32,000 nucleotides of DNA, taken from the NCBI RefSeq assembly GCF_008065095.1, contig NZ_CP042911.1:6780001-6812000 (forward strand), written 5' to 3'. Under the pieces are notes generated by a model. The model ran no database searches. It worked only from the letters and a program-made list of their open reading frames with translations, and was not told the DNA's origin. Position numbers and translations under genes: made by a program. The DNA is from Gemmata obscuriglobus (GTDB taxonomy: Bacteria; Planctomycetota; Planctomycetia; Gemmatales; Gemmataceae). The first letter of the stretch is position 1. Each line of letters opens with the position of its first letter. Shown one piece after another: positions 18,385 to 25,927 of this stretch.

Positions 18385-19133
18385 GTGTTGATCCTTTTGT
18401 CCCTTGCGGCCAACCTCATCGGAACTGCAACCGCCCAGCCGCCAAAGGAGGAGCCGAAATACGCGCCGATGCCTTGGCACTTGGTGGACACGTGGTGGGA
18501 CTTCGGCAAGGCGGTGCCGTTCGAGAGCCTCGCGGTGGATGTCGCCATCAGCGACGAGGTGCCGGCTTCCGTCAACCTGTACGTCGCGCCTATCGGCCTG
18601 GGGCACCTGAGCAAGAGCCCGTTTTACGGCGGCATCCAAACCAACACGGACGGAACACCAAGGCGGACCCGAAGCTCCGCGCGCTCGGCCCCGGGTTCCT
18701 GTTCTCGATGTGGAACGAGCGCGGCTTCGACGCGATCCGCCCGGCCGACGGCGAGTTCTGCCAGAGTTCGGGTCACGAAGGCGACTTCGTGAGCGTGCGC
18801 CGGCCGTTCGCGTGGAAGAAGGGGAAATACACGTACCGGCTCACGCGCATGGACCGCGAAACCGTCGGTGACAAACCGTACACCTGGGTCGGTGCGTTCG
18901 TGCGGGTTCACGCGACCGACGAGAACATCTTCGTCGGGGCGCTGCGTTTCAAGGGCGAGAACCTGATGCTCGACGGGAAAGTGGCGCCCGCGTCTGCGGA
19001 GGCGGTATACCCGAAGGGGGTGCCGGACTACGCCGACACCGCAGTGAAGGACGGGTCGTTGGTAATCACCGTGGGGGCACCTGTCGCCGGCCGCGATAAG
19101 CGGCGGGTCAAGCTGATCGACGCAACGAAATAA
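18385..19133 (+). pseudogene. Frameshifted gene for a secreted hypothetical protein (possibly DUF3472-like)
   Basis: The protein-like N-terminal part is in frame 1 from GTG 18385: MLILLSLAANLIGTATAQPPKEEPKYAPMPWHLVDTWWDF...SPFYGGIQTNTDG. The protein-like continuation is in frame 3: NTKADPKLRALGPGFLFSMWNERGFDAIRP...RRVKLIDATK, with the stop at 19133. The two frames join at GGA/AAC around 18652-18656. After that point, frame 1 turns into Arg/Ser junk. Confidence 0.7.
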
Positions 19134-19164
19134 ACGCTCTCCGGCGCCGGCTTTGGTCAATGTT

Positions 19165-19201
19165 CCCTCGTGTCACGTGGTCCAGCCAGGTGACACGAGG
19201 G
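19165..19201. terminator. Hairpin between convergent genes (possible bidirectional terminator)
   Basis: CCCTCGTGTCAC (19165-19176) and GTGACACGAGGG (19190-19201) form a perfect 12-bp stem with a 13-nt loop. It lies between the stops at 19133 (+) and 19244 (-). There is no clear U-tract on either side. Confidence 0.45.
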
Positions 19202-19243
19202 TTGGAAGCGGCAAAAGCCGGTGACTCGCGCCGCACCGTTGCC

Positions 19244-21511
19244 CTACCCCACGTCCATCACCACCCGGAACCCGACCGCGTCGGACACGGTGTCCGGGTC
19301 CTGCCCGCGACGCGCAGCGCTGCGGCACTCGGTGGCGGGCGAATTCCACCCGCCGCCACGCACCACCCGGAGTTGCCCGCCCCTCGGTCCGATCGGGTCC
19401 ACCGGCGGGCTGTCGAAGTAGTAGTACTCGTCGAACCAGTCGTGTACCCACTCGGCCACGTTTCCGTGGAAGTCGTGTAGCCCGAAGGCGTTCGCCGGGA
19501 ACAGCGCCACCGGGCACGTGCTCTTCCCCGCGTACCTTCCGCCGGCCCCCGCGAAGAGCGCATCCTGGGGTTGCAACCGGTCGCCGAACGCGAAGTCGGT
19601 CGTGGTGCCCGCACGGCACGCGTATTCCCATTCCGCCTCGGTCGGGAGCCGGTACGTCCGCCGGTGGATCGCCTCATCGGGCAACCGCGCCAGTCGGTCA
19701 CAGAACCGGAACGCCTGGTCCCACGTCAGGTGCTCGACCGGGTGGTCCGGCCCGCCCCCGCGGGAGCGACTGAACCGGCTCGGGTTCTTGTGCTTCACCG
19801 CCTCGTACTGGGCCTGCGTCACCGGGACCACCGAGATGTAGAACGGGCGACTGATTTTCACCACGTGGGGGGGCGTCTCGAAGTCCCGGCCCGAGTTGTC
19901 ACAGCCCATCCGGAACGCGCCCGCCGGAACGCGCACGAACGTCATGCCGATCGAGTTCTTGACCAGCCGCAGCGTGTTGCCGCTCGCCGTACCCGGGCCA
20001 CTCGCGGTCAGCCCCGCGGCACCGGCCGCCGCCAGCATCGCCGCGGCCGCACCGGCCGCCGCCTCCGCGCTGTACACGCGGCCCCGGGCGGTCGTGATCG
20101 CCGGGTAGATCGACGACCCAGGCCCCTTGAGAGAGATGAGCTTCGACCCGTCTGTACCAGCCGGATCGGGTGGCGCGACGGTCACTTCGGCGAGCGCCGC
20201 GGCGAGGGCCGCGGCATTCTTCGGCCGCTTATCGGTTCGGGTGCTGAGGCACGCTTGGAGCACCCGCGCCTGCGAGTCAGTGAAACCTGCGGGCCGCAGC
20301 TCCTCGACCCACTCCGCGCCGAACGGAGCCGCGGCCGTCGGGTCGCGCTTCAAGAGTTGGTACCAGATGACTCCGATTGCGTGGACGTCGTCGGTCGGGG
20401 CGGGCGGCTCCTTCTTCACCTGTTGCGGGCACGCGTACAGGCTGGTGGCGGCGCCGCGGAACGCGAGCCGCCGCTCCTCGCCCTTCGGCCCGGTCCGCGC
20501 CAGTTCCAGCGCCCGCACGCTCTCGATCGGCCCCCACCCGTAATCGCTGACCCACATAGTGAACTTGCCGCCCGCGGTCGGGTGCAGCAGCACGTTGCTG
20601 GGCTTCAGGTCGCGGTGGACGGCGCCCTTTTCTTGAGCCTTCGCGACGATCCCCGCCAGCCGCCGGACCAGTTTGAGCGCGGCCTCGGGCTTGGCCGCGT
20701 CGAACCGCCATCGCCACTCGAACATGAGGCCGGCGAGGTCGTAGCCGGACACGAACGGCGCTTCGAGGCACGGGGCCGTAACGGCCGCGGGTCGGTGCGC
20801 GACGGCACACGCGCCGCTGGTTTCCGGGTGACGTTGCGGCAGAGCCGCTTCCAGGTACACGGACCGGAGCGGGAGGATACCGTTCTCGTCGTTCAGCTCG
20901 AACGCCTGCTGGAACAGGTCGGTGCCGGCCCGCACCCGCTCCTGCGCCTCGGGGTCGGTGATGAACTTGAGCGCCGCGGACGGTTGCTCAGGTTGCTCGG
21001 CGTCCTCACCGCGCCAGACCTCGGAGATCTGGCCCAGCCCGCGCAACTCGGTGAGGACCCAGTTGTCCAGCCCCTCGGGCCGGTCGCCGGGCCGGAACGT
21101 GGGGGTGCGTAGCGGCAGGAACGCGGCGAGTTCCTCCGCCTTTCCGATGTGGAAGTTCTCGGGCACCGTGCGCCCGTCCGGGTCGGACGGGCGCCGCAAC
21201 CGTTGGCGCACCGTAACCGGCAGCACCCGGAGGTAATCGGCCAGTTCCGCTTTGGGAACGGCGTGCGTGGTGGACAGTTCGACGATCAGCTCGCCGACCC
21301 GCCGCTCGAACTCGGTCGCGTCCGCCGCGGCACAGTCCGCGAGGGCCGTTCGGAGATCTTCCCCGGGTAGCTTCTTGTGTGTGGAGTCGAACGCGGCTTT
21401 CGCGACATCGGGCAGGACATCCGCGAAGCTCCACTGCCCCTGCAGGGCCTTGCGGCCTTTCTCACAGAGAGCCTGACCGAGACATTCGAGGAGCGCTTGT
21501 AGACGCGGCAT
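19244..21511 (-). CDS. Ser/Thr protein kinase fused to a C-terminal formylglycine-generating-enzyme (FGE-sulfatase / SUMF1, C-type-lectin fold) domain, with an N-terminal helical domain
   Basis: Track ORF 19244..21601. The start is taken at ATG 21511 (MPRLQALLECLGQ), with GGAGG upstream. Kinase motifs are AALKF (beta3 Lys), AVHRDLKPSNVLL (catalytic loop) and VSDYGWG (DFG-like). FGE-domain strings are YRLPTEAEWEYACRAG, FGLHDFHGNVAEWVHDW and RVVRGGGWNSPATECRSAARRG...VGFRVV. Confidence 0.9.
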   Translation of the reverse strand: MPRLQALLECLGQALCEKGRKALQGQWSFADVLPDVAKAAFDSTHKKLPGEDLRTALADCAAADATEFERRVGELIVELSTTHAVPKAELADYLRVLPVTVRQRLRRPSDPDGRTVPENFHIGKAEELAAFLPLRTPTFRPGDRPEGLDNWVLTELRGLGQISEVWRGEDAEQPEQPSAALKFITDPEAQERVRAGTDLFQQAFELNDENGILPLRSVYLEAALPQRHPETSGACAVAHRPAAVTAPCLEAPFVSGYDLAGLMFEWRWRFDAAKPEAALKLVRRLAGIVAKAQEKGAVHRDLKPSNVLLHPTAGGKFTMWVSDYGWGPIESVRALELARTGPKGEERRLAFRGAATSLYACPQQVKKEPPAPTDDVHAIGVIWYQLLKRDPTAAAPFGAEWVEELRPAGFTDSQARVLQACLSTRTDKRPKNAAALAAALAEVTVAPPDPAGTDGSKLISLKGPGSSIYPAITTARGRVYSAEAAAGAAAAMLAAAGAAGLTASGPGTASGNTLRLVKNSIGMTFVRVPAGAFRMGCDNSGRDFETPPHVVKISRPFYISVVPVTQAQYEAVKHKNPSRFSRSRGGGPDHPVEHLTWDQAFRFCDRLARLPDEAIHRRTYRLPTEAEWEYACRAGTTTDFAFGDRLQPQDALFAGAGGRYAGKSTCPVALFPANAFGLHDFHGNVAEWVHDWFDEYYYFDSPPVDPIGPRGGQLRVVRGGGWNSPATECRSAARRGQDPDTVSDAVGFRVVMDVG

Positions 21512-21973
21512 GGGCAGACGCCTCCGGGCGAGGAGAGTATTGCCGGCGGCACAGATCGAGCAACGTTGTATGAATTTAAAACCATTCGAGACGCGGCACA
21601 AGACCCGTAGTCAAAAGCTCTCACCGCGGGTTCATTGCGGCGCGTGTGAAACACTGAACCCGCCTGTTGCCCGAAGGCTCTTCAGTTCGTCGGCTGTTTT
21701 CCCTTGCTGTTATAGAAGCCAACGAATTGAGCCCAACACATCCGGGTTCGCGCAACAGACGGTGCAGTTCGGCTTGCGCTACCGCGAGCCGTTACCGGCG
21801 CTACCGTTTTGCTCGAAGAAAGCGGGCTGGGTGCGGTCTTTGGAAGTGTTCGACGCTCCACCAACTCCAAACGACGAACGGACAGCCTCATCGCAGAAAA
21901 CGGTCAGAAGGGCGACAACACGCGTTCACAGTTGCGGAGTGACGATTCGGCCACCCCGCAACGGCATCGAACC

Positions 21974-23281
21974 TCACACCCCGACCGGTTCCTTCTTCGG
22001 CTTGCCGGCGGCGACCGCCGCGCACGCTTTTCGCAGGCGCCGAATGCCTTCCGTGATCTCGGGTTCGGTCGCGACCCCATAGCACAGCCGGCATTCGTTC
22101 TTCGGCATGTGGCCGTTCGCGTCCGGGACGTGGCCGAACTCGCCGGGCACGTACAGCACCCCCGCCTCCAGCGCCGCCGGCACCAGCGGACCGTTCGGCC
22201 CGGTGTCAACGCCGTCCAGCGTGAACCACACGTAGAACCCGCCGTCCGGCACGGTCCACCGCGCCGCGGGGAAGTCGCGGAACTCGCTCTCCAGCGCGCT
22301 CAGCATGAGGTCACGCTTGTTGCGGTAGACGGTCCGCAACTTCTCCGCGTGCGCCTGATACGCGCCCGACGCCATCATCCGCGACAGGAGGTGCTGGGAC
22401 AGGTTCGTCGAGCCGAAGTCGTGGCTGCCCTTCAGGTGCAGGATCGGGGCGAGCACGTCCGGCGGCAGGATCGCGTACCCCGTCTTCAGCCCCGGGGCGC
22501 ACGGCTTCGAGAACGTGCTCGTGTACACCACGAACTCGTTCGCCGGGTCGAAGCTCTTGATGCTCGGCAGGTCCGGACCGGAGAACTTCAGCTCGCGGTA
22601 CGCCGCGTCTTCCAGGATCAGGATGCGGTGCGCGGTGCTGTACCGCTTGGCGATCTCGACCAGCCGCTTGCGGCGCTCCAGCGAGAGCGTGAGCCCGGTC
22701 GGGTTCTGGAAGTAGTCAACGGTGTAGATCACCTTCACTCGCGGCAAGTCGCCCGACCGGCGCAACCGGTCGAGGAGCGCGTCGAGGGCGTCCACGTCCA
22801 TCCCGTGCTCGTCCATCGGCACCGTCAGCACCTCCGCCCCATGCGACTGGAGCAGGCTGTGGTACACGAAATACGACGGCGCCTCCGAGATCACGATGTC
22901 GCCCGGGTCGAACATCACCTCGCCGAGGAGGTACAGCAACTGCTGCGACCCGGTGGTGATGCAAACGTCGTTGGGCGTGAGGTTCAGATCGGAAGGGTTC
23001 ACGCCGTCCAACCCGCACACGAGATCGAGCACCTGGCGCCGCAGCTCGGGCATCCCGTGGGTGGAGCCGTACTGGAGGGCCGTCTGCCCCGCCCGCGGAT
23101 CGGACAGGATTTCGGTGGCGGCGGCGCGCACCTCATCGACCGGGAGCGAACCCTCGTCCACCAGTCCGGCGGCGAACGAGACGAGCCCCGGCGTCTCGAG
23201 CGCCTTCTTGATGAAGTAGGTGATGGGCGAGTCGGTGGTGCGGCGGGACTTGCCCGACCGCGACAGCGGCGCCGGCGGCAT
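21974..23281 (-). CDS. PLP-dependent aminotransferase, class I/II fold (2-aminoadipate / aromatic transaminase-like, no HTH domain)
   Basis: Track ORF 21974..23695. The start is taken at ATG 23281 (MPPAPLSRSGK...), with AGGAG 7 nt upstream, giving 435 aa. Supporting strings are FAAGLVDEGSLP, YFQNPTGLTLSLERRKRLVEIA and the PLP-lysine context YTSTFSKPCAPGLKTGY. The upstream part of the track ORF is Arg-rich and non-protein-like. Confidence 0.9.
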   Translation of the reverse strand: MPPAPLSRSGKSRRTTDSPITYFIKKALETPGLVSFAAGLVDEGSLPVDEVRAAATEILSDPRAGQTALQYGSTHGMPELRRQVLDLVCGLDGVNPSDLNLTPNDVCITTGSQQLLYLLGEVMFDPGDIVISEAPSYFVYHSLLQSHGAEVLTVPMDEHGMDVDALDALLDRLRRSGDLPRVKVIYTVDYFQNPTGLTLSLERRKRLVEIAKRYSTAHRILILEDAAYRELKFSGPDLPSIKSFDPANEFVVYTSTFSKPCAPGLKTGYAILPPDVLAPILHLKGSHDFGSTNLSQHLLSRMMASGAYQAHAEKLRTVYRNKRDLMLSALESEFRDFPAARWTVPDGGFYVWFTLDGVDTGPNGPLVPAALEAGVLYVPGEFGHVPDANGHMPKNECRLCYGVATEPEITEGIRRLRKACAAVAAGKPKKEPVGV

Positions 23282-23294
23282 GGGAACGCTCCTG

Positions 23295-23335
23295 GAAAAG
23301 AGAATCGGCCCCGGAGTCAAACTCCGGGGCCGATT
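23295..23335 (-). terminator. Orphan intrinsic-terminator-like hairpin immediately upstream of the aminotransferase RBS
   Basis: On the minus strand, AAUCGGCCCCGGAG-UUUGA-CUCCGGGGCCGAUU forms a perfect 14-bp stem (23335-23303). It is followed by CUCUUUUCC and then the AGGAG Shine-Dalgarno. No co-directional gene lies upstream. Confidence 0.55.
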
Positions 23336-23367
23336 CGGTGTTTCGGAACACGCGTCGGGAACCGGAG

Positions 23368-23493
23368 TCAGGTTGCGGCCACTGCCGCAGCGATAGCAGC
23401 CGCGGCTGCGGCTGCGAGAACGACCGCGGCACGCGCGCCCGCCCGGACCGCAAGAGCGGCGAGGGCGTTCAGGGTCAGCGCGGGTGCGGACAT
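23368..23493 (-). CDS. Candidate 41-codon Ala-rich mini-ORF (possible leader peptide or small hydrophobic peptide)
   Basis: Translated by hand because it is below the track size cut-off: ATG 23493, MSAPALTLNALAALAVRAGARAAVVLAAAAAAAIAAAVAAT, TGA at 23370-23368. 22 of 41 codons are Ala, including a run of seven. There is no convincing Shine-Dalgarno. A GCN-rich ORF could arise by chance at this GC content. Confidence 0.25.
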   Translation of the reverse strand: MSAPALTLNALAALAVRAGARAAVVLAAAAAAAIAAAVAAT

Positions 23494-23729
23494 TCGGTTC
23501 AATCGCTTTCGGGATCGGTTCTCTCGACGGAAGTTTCGTACCGCGCGAACGGGTCAGAGACAAGGTAAAATTTCGAAAGCGGCGCGAATCAGTCGCTACG
23601 GTTCCGCCTGCGGGTCCGGTATCGTTACAAGCGGAAACGTGTACTAGGCTGTACAGGTGCCAGCCCACGGCAGGCCGAATTGTACCCGGCCGCAACGTTC
23701 AGCTCCGGCCCGAATGCCCAACCGCACCA

Positions 23730-25727
23730 ATGGCCCTTGCGCCCGCGAACGCGAACGACGCCGCGACCCTCGCCGACGAGTTGGTCCGCCATCGGGTCGT
23801 TGCCCCGGACCAATTAGCCGCACTCGCGACCGAGTTCACGGGCGGCACTGCCGCGGAGCTGGTCGAGTTCCTCGCCGCCCGCGGCACGCTGACGCCGTTT
23901 CAGGCCGCGCGGGCGTTGGCGGGAGAGAGTGCGGTTCTGACCCTCGGCCCGTACCGGCTCACCGGGCGCGCCGGGCGCGGCACATTCGGGCCGCTGTTCG
24001 CCGCGACCCACGTGACCCGCCCCGGGCGCTTTGCCCTGCGGGTGACGCCGCTCCGGTCACTGTGGAAAGCCCGGCAAGCGAAGCAGCTCGCGCGAGCGCT
24101 CGCGGCCGGTGCCACGCACCCGGCGGTGCTTCCGCTCGTCGAGGTGGATTCGGCCAACGGGTTTCATTACCTCGTCTGGCCGCACGCGGACGGGATCGGG
24201 CTGACCGAACTGGTCGAGGGTAACGGGCCGCTCGCCCCGGGCGATGCGGTCGCCCTGCTCGGGCACCTCGCGAACGCCCTGACCGCGTGCCACGCGCGCG
24301 GGATCGTTCACGGGGCCCTGACGCCCGACTGCGTCCGGTTGGCGGAAGACGGGCTGCCCCGACTGTTGGAACTCGGGGCCGGCGCGCTTTTGGCGCAGAG
24401 CCTAGAGACAGACGAGGCCCTGTTCGACTCTCTGTCCGCGGCGTTCGCGTCCGCCGGGGTGCTGGCGTTCGCCGCGCCCGAACTGGCGCTCCACCCGTTA
24501 AACGCCACCCCGGCGTGTGACCAGTACGCGCTCGCGGCCGTGGGGTACTACGCGCTCACGGGGCTGTCCCCGTACCCCCACCCGACGCTCGCCGAGCAGT
24601 TCCGCGCCAAGCGGAGCGAGGCGCCGCCGTCGGTCGCGGTGGTTAACACGCAAGTGCCGCACGACGTGGCCGCCGTTCTTGAGCGGATGATGCACCCGGA
24701 CCCGGCCGCCCGGTTCGCGTCGCTCGCGGAAGTCGAGGAGCGGCTCTCGGCGCTCGCGCTCCCATCGGACCCCTCGGCGTCCGACCAGATCGAACTCGAA
24801 TCCTTGCTGCTGTCGCAACTGCAAAAGGGGGGCGCGGCGGGCAGCGGGGCCATCTCATGGACCGAAAGCGGGTCCGGGGTGCTGCGCCCGGTCGCCCGCG
24901 ACGATTCCGACGCGTCCGTCACGTTCGACCTGCCGGAGGCGGCCGAAACGGTGCCCGGCCCGCTCGTGCCGGCGCACGAGTGCGCCGACACCCCGCGCGA
25001 CGCCCTCAGCTCGGTCCGCGCGGCCGAACTTTCGCTCGCCGTTCCGTCGCCCGTGCCGCAGGTGCCTTCGGAGGGACCGGTCATGGGTAATCGGTTGCTG
25101 GGTGCAATGAACGACGGGAGCCGGGAGCGGCGCGCGCTCCCCCCGCCACCGGACCCGCGGTTATCGGCGCCGACCCCGGTCCAGTGGCACACGACCGACG
25201 AGGAACCGAGCGCGGCGGCCGGCGCACGGCGAACCGCCCCGCCTCGCGCAGAACCCGAAGGGCCGCCCCCCACTTCCGCGATCTGGAAGTCCTTGAGGCG
25301 GAACGTGTTGTTCTGGAAAGCGCCCCGCGACGCCGTGCAGGTAAGCGTGTTCGGCCCGTCGGCCGCCACCCCGGGGCAGACGGTGCGGCTCACGATCTTC
25401 CTCCACCCCCCGGACGCGGTGGCGAGCGTCCGCACCTTGTCCCGCGCGTTCCAGGGCGACGCGGAGCAGGTGGGCACCGGGTACCTCGCGTGCGAGGTGG
25501 TTCGCGGGACCGAGTTGGCGGTCCACGTTTCGGTCGCGAACGCCGGGGTCGGTAAGGCCCTCATGCGGTGCGAATGGCGCGGACAGCCGCACCGGTTGAG
25601 CCTCGACCTGCACGTCCCGTGGGAAAGCGCCGAGGGCTGGACGCCGGGGCTCGTGTCGGTCGGGCTCGACGACGTGCGCGTCGGGAAGATCGAGTTCTGG
25701 TTGAACGTGCTCCCGCGGAAAGCCTGA
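23730..25727 (+). CDS. Ser/Thr-kinase-like protein predicted to be a pseudokinase, with an N-terminal helical module and a C-terminal beta-rich domain of unknown function
   Basis: Track ORF 23484..25727, start taken at ATG 23730 (MALAPANANDAATLADELV). The kinase fold is recognisable: GPYRLTGRAGRGTFGPLF, HYLVWPHADGIGLTELV, and ...DQYALAAVGYYALTG...VLERMMHPDPAARF. The catalytic residues are substituted, as detailed in the findings. Confidence 0.85.
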   Translation: MALAPANANDAATLADELVRHRVVAPDQLAALATEFTGGTAAELVEFLAARGTLTPFQAARALAGESAVLTLGPYRLTGRAGRGTFGPLFAATHVTRPGRFALRVTPLRSLWKARQAKQLARALAAGATHPAVLPLVEVDSANGFHYLVWPHADGIGLTELVEGNGPLAPGDAVALLGHLANALTACHARGIVHGALTPDCVRLAEDGLPRLLELGAGALLAQSLETDEALFDSLSAAFASAGVLAFAAPELALHPLNATPACDQYALAAVGYYALTGLSPYPHPTLAEQFRAKRSEAPPSVAVVNTQVPHDVAAVLERMMHPDPAARFASLAEVEERLSALALPSDPSASDQIELESLLLSQLQKGGAAGSGAISWTESGSGVLRPVARDDSDASVTFDLPEAAETVPGPLVPAHECADTPRDALSSVRAAELSLAVPSPVPQVPSEGPVMGNRLLGAMNDGSRERRALPPPPDPRLSAPTPVQWHTTDEEPSAAAGARRTAPPRAEPEGPPPTSAIWKSLRRNVLFWKAPRDAVQVSVFGPSAATPGQTVRLTIFLHPPDAVASVRTLSRAFQGDAEQVGTGYLACEVVRGTELAVHVSVANAGVGKALMRCEWRGQPHRLSLDLHVPWESAEGWTPGLVSVGLDDVRVGKIEFWLNVLPRKA

Positions 25728-25748
25728 CGTCCCGTCCGGGGTTCAAAT

Positions 25749-25814
25749 GTCGCAAGTCGTACAGTCGGGGGCCGCGGTGTAACTGCACCGCCCCCCAGCG
25801 GTGCGACTTGCGAC
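25749..25814 (+). other. Long imperfect hairpin between the pseudokinase gene and glgC (possible terminator or processing element)
   Basis: GTCGCAAGTCG (25749-25759) pairs perfectly with CGACTTGCGAC (25804-25814). The interior continues with GGGGGCCGCGGTG / CACCGCCCCCC pairing that carries a small bulge. There is no U-tract. Confidence 0.35.
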
Positions 25815-25927
25815 CTTCCGACTTTCGACTAGGTACACAATCGGCACCTTGTTAGCATCCAATTCAGACGGCCGGCTCTCCAGTCCGCCCGGCCCCATTC
25901 GTTCAGCTCGCTCCGAGGCTTCGCATC

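Noticed and set aside
18640-18670. Programmed ribosomal frameshift at the 18654 frame junction
   Set aside because: There is no slippery heptamer and no evident downstream stimulatory structure. A 1-nt indel (mutation or sequencing error) is the simpler explanation.
19244-19400. Diversity-generating retroelement (DGR) variable region at the 3' end of the FGE-domain gene
   Set aside because: I found no near-identical template repeat and no reverse transcriptase gene in the 32 kb. The C-terminal sequence (GGGWNSPATECRSAARRGQDPDTVSDAVGFRVV) looks like an ordinary FGE domain. The short GGGTTCCGG match at ~31854 is only ~12 nt. A DGR elsewhere in the genome cannot be excluded.
19571-21112. 513-aa + strand ORF opposite the STK-FGE gene
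   Set aside because: It is an antisense shadow of a gene with clear kinase and FGE motifs.
21809-23647. 612-aa + strand ORF opposite the aminotransferase
   Set aside because: It is an antisense shadow. The minus-strand translation carries the PLP-lysine and aminotransferase motifs.
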